Shown: piece by piece, positions 12,881 to 25,239 of the stretch | Layout of the letters: every line of letters starts with the position of its first letter | Position numbering within the stretch: position 1 is the stretch's first letter | Assembly (NCBI GenBank): GCA_024137785.1 | Contig: JAHRHZ010000085.1 | Span: 2,294,279-2,358,278 of the forward strand | Length of the DNA: 64,000 nucleotides | Direction: 5' to 3' | From: Ginglymostoma cirratum | Lineage: Eukaryota | Notes under the pieces: model-generated | What the model was told of the DNA's origin: nothing | The model's database searches: none | What the model saw: only the letters and a program-made list of their open reading frames with translations | Position numbers and translations under genes: made by a program

Positions 12881-14345
12881 AAAAGGACACATCCGGAATA
12901 TTTTTTCAGCTTATTTTCTCCGAAGTGGACTACCCGGAAGAGTTGCTGTGTGTACTATGAAATGGTGGTAGAGCATGTGACAGTAGATTCAAAACTGTAT
13001 TGATACCGGGGATTTTGCCTCATTCATTGGACTTTCACCGTTGGGCTGGCGTTCGTGAGACGGGCACTGTGGAATCTCAGATAGAGTTCCAAGTGATGCC
13101 ATCGCCAGAGTCCCCGCCGAGTACGAAAGGCAGTATGAGAATCACTTCTTAACACGTATATATGCGGAGTTTAACCTCACCATTTAACTTTAATATGTAT
13201 CGAAATTTAAAATGTCAACTATTAATTCATATGTGTATGAAGTATGAACGAAATAAATTAGCTCTAATAATGAGCGCACCTGTCTTGTAATTATTTCAAT
13301 CTAACATTAAAACAATCTGTTAAATATTTTCGACCTAACGCAGAAAGAGTTAATTGCACTGGGGAGGGTGCAGAGGGGACTCGCCGGGATGCCGCCAGGT
13401 TTGGAACATTTTAGCTGTGATGTTTCTGGAGAAGCATGGATTGTTTTCTTTGGGGCAGGGAAGGTTGAGGGGAGCCTACGATTGAGCTGTATACGATTAT
13501 GAAGGCAGAGACAGGGTGGATGAACAGCAACTGCCCGCTTTAGTTTAAGGGTGAATAATGTGAGATCATAATCTGCAGAGGGAACGGTAAGTGGTCTACA
13601 GCGACTTGGAGGATGTATTTTTCGCGAAGTGGGTGTTGGGCATCAATAATGCGCTGCCTGGGAGCGTAGTGCAGGTAACAAATCTTTCAGTAATGTACGT
13701 GGACTACGTCATAACATTCAAGTCTCTGGGCCAAGTGCTGGAAAGCGTGATTCGTGTAAATATGAGGGCTGCATCCAAGGGACGAAAAGGCTTTTTCTGT
13801 GCTGTATATCCTGATGATAGTCCTCTCACAAACGGTAAGGACTGCAGATGCTGGAATATAGAATCAATAAATGTGGAGCTGGAAAAGCGCAGTAGGTCAG
13901 ACAGCAGCGCGGGAACAAGAATGTCATCACTTCGGCCGGAAACATTCACTTTCCTGCTCTTCGGCTGCTGTCTGACCTGCTGTGCATTTCCAGCTCCACA
14001 TTTATTGACTGATTTTCCTCTCTATCTATTTGTCAGTCTTTAATGTATCCAAAAAATAAATTTAATACTGTATGTATCTTCGGAAATGAATTGTAACTTT
14101 GCGTATTTAGTTAAAACTATGGGACATCTCAACGATGAATATTCACTTTTGGCAGTATCTCACCTGGCAATAAACTACACACGTTTGGAATAAGCAGAAG
14201 AAAGGAAACCTTTGACAAGACAATAGTGTCAAATTTCGGGATTGACGCAATCAGCGGGAAATGACTGTAATCATAATGTTTTACTTCGTCAACCTTTTTA
14301 AACGATGCCTGAACGATTAACGTACAATGTGTCATAGAATCTTAC

Positions 14346-14651
14346 CTTCTTTCGTAACAGTGTAGCTGGCATTTACTGGAAATGAGCTCGAAACGTGGTA
14401 TACTTGACACACGTAGACTATGTCACTTTCGGGCATATTTGGCACGTCCAAGGAGCTGACCACTTCATAAAGTCCCTCGCCTTTTAACTGTTTTACGTTT
14501 CTAAATCCAGTGAGGATTTGTGTACCGTTTCTGCGCCAAGTCAGGTTGAAGTCTTCCGGATAAAAGCCAGATGTCCTGCATTGCAGCTCGAAAGAAACAG
14601 ACGCAGGGTCTTTTAAGGGTATCAACACAATGTTTAGGGGAGCTGGTGAAG
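14346..14651 (-). CDS. Copy A exon 3: Ig C1-set domain
   Basis: aatgcag| acceptor, G|gtaag donor, 306 nt, phase 1-1; LQCRTSGFYP...LTW...YVCQVYH C1 signature. Confidence 0.93.
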
Positions 14652-15331
14652 CTGCATTGTAAATAAAATTCACATAAATGTAGACATTGGACTTCTACTC
14701 CAAAACTGAAATGATTTAATGAACGAACCAACTGTTACTTCTGGGTATGGCGGCTGCATTGATCGTCATTATTTATGCGAGTAGGGGTTGCTGTTACTTT
14801 TATCATGTAGTGACCTCCAAAGGCAATTGATACATCAATTTATACTATCTTGTGTCTCTGTTAATTACTAAATATGTTTGAGTTTTCATACTGCACAGTC
14901 CTCGCAATCAGCGGTTGGGGAACAGAATCATTGAAAATGAAACGGCCGCAGTCCAAGCGAAGGGAAAGGGAAAATGGCTTTTCAAATTTGAAAATAAAAT
15001 GACATTTAAAGTGCTTAATATTGCCGATAACTTCTAGAAAATACATTCTGTTACGCCGTGCTTAAATTGTAATAAGTGCTTCACTTGGAAATCTTGCATT
15101 AGCTTTCAATGTAACACAAATTTAAGTACCATTCGCTGACACAGTGCAATTTCTGAACTGTGCAGTGTCGCTGGTGATGCTTTTTTTTAAAACGGCATTA
15201 TTGAACGTGTCATTCGGAAGAAGTGAACAATCTTATATTCACTGCATGCATTTAAGAACATGTAACTGCTAACTTGCATTTACTGTTCATTGGAACCAAG
15301 TTGACTGAACGTTTACTTTGGTAGCACTAAC

Positions 15332-15643
15332 CGTATACTACAAGTTGCGTAACTTGTTTCTCAGAAACCTTTCCATGCTGATTTTCGAATCTACAGTAAT
15401 ATGTTCCCGCGTCCAGGACAGTCACATTGAAGAGTTTGAGGTCGGCTCTATGTTTCATTACCGTGAAGAGTTTTCTGCTGTCTCCCTTCAGAAGCATCTT
15501 ATTACCTTCTCTCCACCAGAAAACACTTATCTTTGAAGGGTTGGGCTCGAAGGGGAAAAAGCATCGCAGGATAGCTGTTGTATTTATCAGGGTTTTTATT
15601 TGCATAATATCCGGAGTAACATCGTCCGAAGTGCAGACAGCAA
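15332..15643 (-). CDS. Copy A exon 2: Ig V-set domain
   Basis: ttaacag| acceptor, G|gttagt donor, 312 nt, phase 1-1; LRC...VFWWRE...DAGTYYC...TQLVV motifs (B-strand Cys, C-strand Trp, DxGxYxC). Confidence 0.93.
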
Positions 15644-15935
15644 CTGTTAACAAAAGCCATATATACAATGATTAAGCAGGGAAGATGAACTACAACATAA
15701 AATGAAATAATTAATCTAAGACAGTAGCTCTTTGATTTCTCCGTCACTCCCTGAATTTCTGCCCTAACTGAACTATTGCAAATATTTTTTCACTTATTCA
15801 GAGGATTCTTAAAACAAAGAACTCTGACGTTAAAAGCCTATGAGAAAAAGTGTCCGATTATCCATCAAGTATCAGTTCAATTATTCTTCCACGTCAATCA
15901 AGGACATTCCAAACACTGCAGGGAAGAGCACGTAC

Positions 15936-15990
15936 CTGGGTACGAAATGCACAGAAAACAGAAGTTCCACAGTGATCCATTCACAAACAT
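15936..15990 (-). CDS. Copy A exon 1: leader/signal peptide (MFVNGSLWNFCFLCISYP)
   Basis: ATG at 15990; 55-nt exon ending CCAG|gtacgt (phase 1); hydrophobic; paralogous exon at 60475-60529 (+). Confidence 0.85.
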
Positions 15991-16109
15991 AGCGACAACG
16001 AAACCCTGGCAGAAAATACATTGGATGTAAAAAGAGGACTGATGAAAGTTTGTTGGAACATCAGTTATGCATTAATTTTAACCACTTGCTTCTATCTGAA
16101 GGCAAGAAG

Positions 16110-16126
16110 CACGTGACTAATTCCTC
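16110..16126 (-). promoter_or_regulatory. Candidate proximal promoter motif: GAGGAA (ETS/NFAT core) - TTAGTCA (AP-1-like) - CACGTG (E-box)
   Basis: ~120 bp upstream of the copy A ATG; identical at 60339-60355 (copy D); decayed in copy B near 49056-49072. Confidence 0.35.
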
Positions 16127-16440
16127 GCGGAGTGCACAACATGCATGTGTTTTCATATAAGATCTTGTTGTGTTAACAGTGAGTGGAAATGATGACACGG
16201 ATAAACAACTGCAGTTATAGCAAAATCCAGACCCAGATGGTGAAACGACTGTCAGAGTTCGTATCCACTTACATGATCCACCAGGCTTGGGTGCAATATC
16301 GGCTGAACCAATACAAAATTCCATCTTTTTTTTACCTGTGTCCACATAACAATAATATCCTTTCTTTAAGAACATTTTTCTCAGAATTTCAATTCAACCA
16401 CAATATGCAACTGAGGCCCTTTCAAAGAAAACACATGTTT

Positions 16441-16740
16441 CGGTGGCACGGTGGCTCAATGGTTGGCACTGCTGCCTCCCGGTGCCAGGGATCCGTGTTT
16501 GAGAAAGTGACTGTTTGAAGTTTGCACATTCTTCCCGTGTCTGAATGGGTTTTTGCCGTTTCCTCCCGCAGTCCAAAGATGTGCAGGTTCGGTGGGTTGG
16601 TCATTGTCCGCAGTGTTCAGGGATATGCAGGTAAAGGTAATATAGCCGCGGGAATGCGGGGTTGCCGTGTGGAGGGGTAACGTGGCTAGGGTGGATGCTC
16701 TTCGGAGAGTCAATGCACAAGATCACAGGGATTCTATGAT
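16441..16740 (+). mobile_element. HE1-type tRNA-derived SINE
   Basis: ggtggcacggtggctca..tggtt.gcactgctgcctc head, tttgcacattct and ccaaagatgtgcaggtt core, gggattctatgatt tail; further copies at ~18960-19110, 19860-20172, 29355-29693, 32880-33380, 37285-37590, 50455-50760, 56306-56615 and 59715-60020. Confidence 0.85.
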
Positions 16741-18139
16741 TCAAAGGCATTTGGAATTTAATTCTGCTTTGAATGATACCAGGACTTATTAAATAACTAA
16801 CGTAAATCGTGCTTCCACGTAATGAGTATTTGCCCTGGCTGTTGGATCAATGACTTAATTGCATAAAAACGCAAAGTGGTTATTTCCTGCGGTGGAAGTG
16901 CTTTCGGCTTGTGATTTTAAATAAACCTGTTGGCCTATAACCTGGTGTCATGTGTCTTTGAATTTATTTCTTTCAGGTAGCTGTTGGTCGAATTAAATGA
17001 AGTTTCTGTCACGCCGGCGAGTGAATGAGGTGGATATGCTGAATTTTGCTGATGTTTCGGGCAGCCGTGGTGCAAATTTTCCACTTTCCCCGGCGAAGAC
17101 ACCCACTGACATTCACGAAAACGCTGCACTGAATATTTCACTCAGAAATCGATCAAATCCATGGAACGCATGTAAAGTTGTTGATCAGTGATTGCTTCAG
17201 TCTGCTCCTGCTCTTTAGTTACGAAGCGCATTTGGACATTAATTGATAGGTGTTCAATTAAAATGTCATTAGCAATTAAATAATAATGAATAACATATTG
17301 TTTATTCTCTGTTTTGGGAAATTCCTGACAATTAATGTCAGAGACAGTGTTTCTTTCTTGAAGCTTTAAGACAATGACTGTCTTGTCTGTCAGTTTCACT
17401 GCTTTATCCTGATGCCGTCCTTCTCAGTTCTGTGGGAGCTGTAACCATTCAGACAAGTAGAGAGATTTCAGCAAACTCCTGAATTCTACTTTTCAGAGTG
17501 AAGTAATGCATTTCCAGGCAACGATATGGATCAATACACAACGATCCCCTGCCCTGCTTCTGAAACCCTCCTGTATTCCCTCCCCAACTGCTCACTGGGT
17601 TTATCTGCGCCACGTTGACGACAGCGGATTAAGAAGGCAGCCCGAGACGGCTTTCTCGGAAGCATTTCGGTGTTTCCAATAAATACTGTGCCATGCCAAC
17701 CAAGTCTACATTCCGCGAAAGCATAACAATAAATATTGTATTGTCAGTTTGATTTCAACAGCCAACCCCATAATGATGTCTGGAAAGATCATAAAGAACC
17801 TGATAGAACACAGATAAAAGTTTCACGGTCTATTAATGCGTTGGTTTTGAATGACAGTAGAAGATGTGAATTTAATTGGCTGGAATGAGCTAAGGTTCTA
17901 ATTTTGGGGCAGGACATCAAACAAGGAGCTGCACATACCGGGGATCTGAAGCAAAAAAATAGATATTGCCGGAGAAATGCATTGCAGAGAAAACAGAGTT
18001 AACGTTTCGAGTCCAGTGACCCTGCTTTCTGCGTTTGTTTGGGACAGGACGTAGCTGACACTTATTCACATTGTTAGATTGGTGTTCGTCTGCAGCTGAA
18101 CAGAAAAAACAATGGTTGAGCATATGTGTGTAGTCCTGA

Positions 18140-18836
18140 TGAGATGCTATCAAGATAACATCCCATTGATTTCTATATTCTCTATAGTTTAATGCTCTTT
18201 ATCTGCTTACACAGAAGTATGCAGGCATTGCCTTAAAACATCCTGCCCGACTAGAATTAGGTATAAACTTTGTAAATCTTTATCTTCCTGCACAGGGGTA
18301 TGTGGAAACTGTCTCAAATCAGATTAGGTGGGAAGCGTTTGTAAAGACTTCCGAAATCCTGTAAAGTATGTAACTTCTGTTTCTGCTAAAGGGGCCAGGC
18401 CACTGACTTTTGTCCAAACTAGACACTTCGGCGGCTTGAAATTACATTCTGTCACTTCAGCAACTTGAAATCGCCTCCTGTCGTTAGCAGTCACTTCGCG
18501 AAGGATCAATACTGTATTCTGCTCTCTTTATGTTTTCGATGTGGTAATTGTTTTTGCGTCATGTCATTGTCCGATGTAGTGATTGTTTCATGTAACATGC
18601 CATTGTGAGATGTAAAATTGCTTTACGTATTGTGCACTGGATCAGGTATAAAAAGCGGGGACTGTCCGCTGCTCGGGGAGAATCGCTTATGAGACTTTGC
18701 ATTCTGTGCCGGGTTGAGTAGCGTGATCCTCCACAGCTTGTACTTGCTTTGTAATAAAGGATTTGTGCTTTTCTAAACAGGTCAGTGTCTTGTTCTTACA
18801 TCAAGTCCGTGAGGGTCTCCGAAAACGAACCTAACA
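18140..18836 (+). mobile_element. Solo LTR (Gypsy- or ERV-type)
   Basis: TG...CA ends, CTGA 4-bp TSD, TATAAAA near 18647 and AATAAA near 18753; absent at the paralogous site (~57500). Confidence 0.85.
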
Positions 18837-21629
18837 CTGAAGCCGAGATCTTCAACTATTGAGCTGCTTTTATCAAGTCTCACATTCGAGTTGTGAGCTG
18901 TTCCACTAATGGTCGAATAAGATACTTGTGTGTCGAGCAAAGAGCGCCAGCTATTGTGTTAGAATCATTAGAATCCCTACAGTGTGGAAACAGGCCCTTC
19001 GGCCCAACAAGTCCACACCGACCCTCGCAGCATCCCACCCAGACCCACCCCACCATAACCCACACACCCCTGAACACTATGGGCAATTTAGCGTGGCCAA
19101 TCCACCTAGCTAGTGTTATTTGTCGTTACGAACTATAAATAACCGAAAGTTAAAACTGATCAAAACCGAGAGTGTGAAATAATTGTTTCGAAATGTTTTA
19201 TGGTAGTATGAAACCTGCAGTAGAGGGAAGTGTTATTTCGTGACCGGAGGTGAACTGTAGAATGTTTCCGCTTATTCGTCTGTTCGGCTGAGTGAGACAT
19301 ATTGCACAATAAACCGACATATAGTTATGTTATAGCCCAACTCTGAGACAGGAGAAAGAACGCGTCCATTCAGTGCTTTTGCTAACGCACTGTGCAAAAA
19401 GAATAAGAAAAAAATGCGTTTGTGTTTTAAAGTGACTTCAGTTCCTGTCGCAATATGATGTATTTGTATACTTTCAGTAAATGAACTGAGATCCTTCCAA
19501 CAACCATTTCAATGTAGCAACAGTCTCACAAATATCATCACGTGTTTCTCACATCAGGGTCTTATGTTGGAAACTTAGGGTTGTATCCAGTGCAATGTTT
19601 ATCGAATAAGTCGACCTCAAAATTTCAGAAAAATTAACATATTATAAACCTCTGCGAACTTTCATTCGCTGATAAACAATAATTGAATGTTAATTGACAT
19701 TTTAGAGGAGGCATCAACTCGGAATACCTACAGCATGGAAAGAGCCCATTCGGCCCATTGAGTCCGCAGCGACCCTCTGAACAGTTTCCCACTCAATGAC
19801 AGTGAATATTCATTAATAATTAATTATGTAATACATCTATACAAATTTTGACTGCATTTGTATCGTATAATCCTTACAGTGCGGCGAGAGGCCTTTTACC
19901 TGTCGAGGCCACACCTACCCTTCGAAGAGCATCCCACCCAGTCCCCGTAACCTCGCATTTACCATGGCTCCCCCACCTATCCGATACACAACAGACAATT
20001 TTGCATCACTAAGCCACCTCACCTGCTCATATTTAGACTATGGGATGAAGCCGGAGCACCCGGAGGAAACCAACGGGGAGAATGTACAAATTCCACACAG
20101 ACAGTTGCTGGCGGGTGGAATCGCACCTGGATCTCTCGTGCTGTGAGTCAACAGTGTGCCACCATGCTGCCCAATCAGTAACTTGCGATGTGACCACTAA
20201 ATAAACTGATGGAATTGTTTATCGGGATTGGGAGAGAAGTGATCCAATTTGCAACTGGGATCCAAACCCAAACAAAGAGCGCAAAAGAAAAAAACAAGCC
20301 GGTGTCTAGTTTACGGTCTTCATTGGGACGAGTCTGTAACAAGCACATTCTGTTTTTAAAAATCAGCAAATTCAGGATGGGAGGCTTCAGTAAAGTTTTG
20401 ACTCAGTATGTTGTCAATTCCTACAAGAAGCACTGCAGAAATTCAGGAAAGATCCTCAGAGAGCTCCTTCTAAATCTAGGACCATGTCCATGTGGAAGGA
20501 CAAGGTCAGCAAATATATGAAGACACCATCAACTTCAAGTTCCCCTCCAAGATAATCACCATTCTGACTTGAAAATATATCATGTTCCTTCACTGTTGCT
20601 GGATCAAAATCCTGGAATTCCCTCCCTAATAGCATTATGGCTCAATCCATAGCAGGTGGACCACATCATGTGAAGAAGGCAACTCACCACATCCTTCTCA
20701 AGGGCAACTAGGGATGGGAAAGAAATGCTACCTAGTCAGCTAAACTGGGTCAAATGTGGCCTTGATGTCAAGATCATGGAGCATGGAAACAGATCATACA
20801 GCCCAAAACGTCCATGCTGACCACGTTTTCCATTCTAAACTAGTCCAATTTGCCTGCTTTGTACATGTATCCCTCTCTTCCTGTGGCAATTCATTCCATA
20901 CATGACCCAGACTCTGTGTGAAAACATATGGCCCCTCACATACTTGTAAAATCTTTCTATTCTCACCTTAAAACTGGGATCCCAAGTTTTGAACTCCTTG
21001 TCCTCAGGAAAAGACCTTGTCTATTCATCTGATCTGTGCTTCTCATGATTTTACAAACATCTATAATGTCACCCCTCAGCCTCCAAAGCGCCAGTGAAAA
21101 AAAAATCCCAGCACATCCAATCTCTCCTCATAACTCAAATGCTCCAGTCTCTAAAGTCCTTGTAAATCTTTTCTGCAATCTCCCTAATTTAATAACAACT
21201 TTCCAGAACTGTGCACAATAATCAAAAACTGGCCTCACCAAGTTCCCTTATAAACTGATCCAAGTCTTTAATGAGGTCAAGAGCTGAGTAGAAGTTGAAC
21301 TGAATATCATTGAGTCAGTTATTGAAGGACCTGTGCTAGCCCTGTGGATGTCATTTTACAGATGAATGAGATGATCCTGACAGGACAGTAATGGGGTGGG
21401 TTGCGTTTATCCTGAGACTCTTCCGCAGAGAAAAATAAAATCTTCATCTCTGTCCAAAAATGCAACGACTAATTTGAAAACTGTAACCCATAGATCTGGA
21501 CACCCTCACTCATTGCAGGTATAAAGAACAGAGGGTGCTAGAGAGAGAAACAGATTGAACATTTTGAATATGGTATGATTTCTTCAGTCATATCAGACTT
21601 GCCATGGCAACTCTGTTTTTGTGCAGGTG

Positions 21630-23955
21630 TCAGTGTGGGTGGACTGGGCCAGACAAAGTCACCCCCAAAAAAATCACATGATACCAATTGTAGTCCAAAT
21701 GGTTTATGTTATCCCAAGCTTCCGCAGTGCTGCTCCTTCTTCAGGTGCAGCGAATGAAGGCACACAGACACAGTGTTTATAAGCAGAGAGATCAAAGGAT
21801 CAAACAGCTGGTGAGTGCAGAGTGAACAAACATGAAATAGCTCATGGAGAACTGTGTTAGAAAGGAGGTAAAAGTTTGGATTGATTAAGGCACACACTAC
21901 AGAATCACTTTCAAGTCACTGCCCCAAGATAATTGAAGGCTTTTATCATTATCTGCCTAACTTTCCAAACTTCACTCAGGTGGAGATACAAAAGGTGGCA
22001 TCTCAAGTCAGACACTGAATTGTAGGTGTGAGGCCATTTTCAGAATCTGTCTCCGAATTCTAACTTGAAAACAGACTGGTTTTATTCTGAAAGCAGGAAT
22101 TTATAAAATGCCACACTGACTGACTGTGACTACAAATTGTGTGCTTTTGAACAAAAAAGAATAAGTAAATACACAAACATTTTGGATGGTGTGTGTGTTT
22201 GTGAGAGAGAGAGAGAGGTAATGATGGCAAAACATGACAGTAAGGAAGATTTTACAGATATAGAACAGTGTGGTAGGGTAACCTGCAGCATGATATGAAT
22301 CCAAAATCTCTATTGAGGCTGTCTTAATGGGTACGGAACTTTATTATCAATCTCTACTCAGAGATTTTGCTTTGTTGTGTATCCTGAATTCTGCCTTGGA
22401 GGACGCTCACCTGAAGATCAGAGTAGAGTCCTTTGGACTCATGGCAAGGAATTACTGAGTCAACTGCATAGCAATATCAGCAAGTTTCATCCCACCATCA
22501 GACTTAACATGGGGTGACAGTTGAGAATGAGTTTCATTCTTGGATACATGCATCTCCATCAAGGGTGGACAGATCAGTTCCTCACTCTACCGTAAGCCCA
22601 CGGATAACCTCACAAAGCTTCATTTCTCTAACTTTCACCCTAAACATAGTAATATAGCCATTCTCTACAGACAAACCCTAGGCATACACAGGATCTGATC
22701 AGATGAGGAGGAACACGATGGACACCTGAAGGTGTTGAAGAATGCCCTCAAAGGAATGGGAAATGATGCTCAACTCATCGATCGCCAGTTCCAACGTGCC
22801 ACATTGAAATACCGCAACAACCTGCTCAGAAGACAGACACAGGATATGACCAATAGAGTACCCTTCATTATCCAGTCCTTCTCCGGAATGGAGAAAATAT
22901 GTCATGCTCTTTGTGGCCTTCAACATGTCATTGATGACTAAGAGCATCTTGTTCCATGTGGGAACACTACCTACCACGTCCACGGCAGATATTCACGTGA
23001 CTCGGCCAATGTTGTCTTTCCCATACGCTGTAAAAAATGATGCCCCGATGTATGGTGTATTGGCAGGACCATGCAAACACTATAAAAACCGATGAATGGA
23101 CAAAAATCGGGGAACATTTCAGCAGGCAAGAGCATTCAGTATCCAATCTTTGGATAAGCGTCCTCCAAAGTGGACTGCGTGATATACATCAACACAGAAT
23201 CACAGAGCATGAACTGATAGCCAAATTCTGTATCCATGCAGACTGCCTCAACCGTGACCTTGCGTTCATGTTGCATGATTGGTGACCCCCGCCACACTAT
23301 TCTGTATGTGTAAAATCTTCATTACTGTCCTGTTTTGACAGTACTACCTCTCTCAAACACACACACACAGACAAACAAACACATGCACACACACACGCAC
23401 AAAACTATGGAGTGAATCAATTCATATGAGATATTTGTCTGTTTGCAGATATATTGCATTTTGCTCAAAAACACACAATTTGTAGTCGCAGGCAGTCAGT
23501 GTAGCATCATTTAAATTCTGACCTTCAGAAAAAAACCAGCCCGATTCCAAGTTGTAACTCGGAGACAGATTGTGAACGAGGCCTCCCACATTAAATTCAG
23601 TGTCTGACCTAAGATGTCACATTTTGTATCTCTGCCTGATTGCAGTTTAGAAAGTTAGGCAGACAGCGGTAAAACCTTTGATTATCTCGGGGCAGTGACT
23701 TGAAAGAGATTCTGGTATTTAGATCTTAATCAACCACAACTTGTGTCTCCTTTCTAACAGGGTTTTCAATCAGCCATTTTATGTATGTTCAATCCACTCA
23801 CACTAGTTGTATGATCGCTTGATCTCACTGCCTATAAGCTCTGTGTCTGTCTGGGCTCTCTCACTCCACCTGAAAAAGGAGCGGCACTGTGAAAGCTTGT
23901 GATTTCAAATATATATGTTGCACTATAACCTGGTGTCATTGGAGTTTTGACCTTA
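21630..23955 (+). mobile_element. Penelope-like element with inverted terminal repeats
   Basis: FLD...LYRKPTD...FHPKH RT C-terminus and degenerate endonuclease-region remnant; ~600-bp inverted flanks; mirror copy at ~52640-54770. Confidence 0.82.
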
Positions 23956-25239
23956 TCTCTGTTTTACAATGAACAGAACTGCTGAGTTTCTCTCGCAATT
24001 TCTGTTCTTATTCGTTTAAATTTTCCATTGACTGAAAGAATCCGTTAATTCAGCTCTGCATGAGCAGTTTGGTTCAGCGTCCCACCATATCTAGAGAACA
24101 CGTCTTCAGTACAAGAGCTAGACTGTTGTCAGGGCCAATAACCTTTGCAGCATTCGTGTTATCATGTAGAGTGATGCAAATCAGCTGATGACAAGTATTA
24201 GTGATGCTTTAGATACCTGGAGGAGGCTGATATTCTCATCCATTTAGCACTTCTGGCTGAAGTTTGTTGCAAATGATTCAGCCTCAGCATTTGCCATAAT
24301 CTGTTGGGCTCCCACATCATTAACAGTGAGAATATTTGTGGAGCCTCCTACTCCAGTAAGTTATTTCATTGTTTAACACCTCTCACAACTTGATATGGCA
24401 GTGCTGAAATTTATACACCGGAACTGTTCACAATGAATTTGACGAGGCACGTCTGTCAGTTGCTGCATGTACCATTTGGCATGCATGAAGTGCTGGCTGT
24501 CACAGACCAATTGGTTCGCAGTTCAGGAATGTAGGTGGTGAACTGTGGGCTGTTTCACAGCAATTAATTGAAAAGCATCATAAAGATGGTTGCAAGTTTA
24601 ACAGTGTAATGTCAGAGGAAGATTGCGACGCATCGCCGTCTGTGTCTCACCTGAGTTTCTCTAAAATAGACCTAAATCTAGCTGTACAATCGCGTTAAAG
24701 AATCATTCAATTCATAACCATGTTCGTTTAATTTACTCATCTTCACTACAACCTTGTCTGATATTCCAGATTGTTTGATAAACACTTCGCTTTGATTTAA
24801 TTTTAACCATGCAAGAATGGACTTTTTGAATCAATCTAACTGTCCACATTAGATATGTCACCAACAGTGCTGGGAGTAAAATAGAAGACCACATTAAAGT
24901 CCATATTAGATTCCACTCTAACAGTTTATATCCAAAACACTCTTTGATACATTGAATCCTTACTCCCAGTTTCACTCTTTATGTTGTATCTGAAGAGTTA
25001 TGTCTTCATCGATATCCCTTATCTACTCACATATATCAATCGTTACTAAAAGCCTGACTATTCCGTCCATGACAACTTAAAACAGAAACTAATTACTTCC
25101 AGTTATACAATATACTGTCAAAGAATGGAACCGTTTCCCCCATCTACTCTCTCCCAACCTTTTATAATGTTGAACATTCTGTCAGATCCCCTCTTGACCC
25201 ACTTCTCTCCATGCAGAATAATCCAAAATTCACCAACTT

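Noticed and set aside
14346-15990. Rearranging Ig/TCR locus or MHC gene
   Set aside because: V includes its G strand and a splice donor. The CACAGTG copies seen (in the leader exon and near 15140) have no nonamer. No D/J segments or MHC peptide-binding domains.
3527-15990. Assigning a symbol such as SIRPA, NCR3, NCR3LG1 or TAPBPL
   Set aside because: The architecture overlaps several families and orthology cannot be established without a search.
16061-16375. ORF recurring at 49062-49253 and 60141-60383
   Set aside because: Explained by triplication of the upstream region; starts and stops differ and no domain is recognisable.
16441-16500. tRNA gene
   Set aside because: tRNA-derived SINE head that continues into the HE1 core; many dispersed copies.
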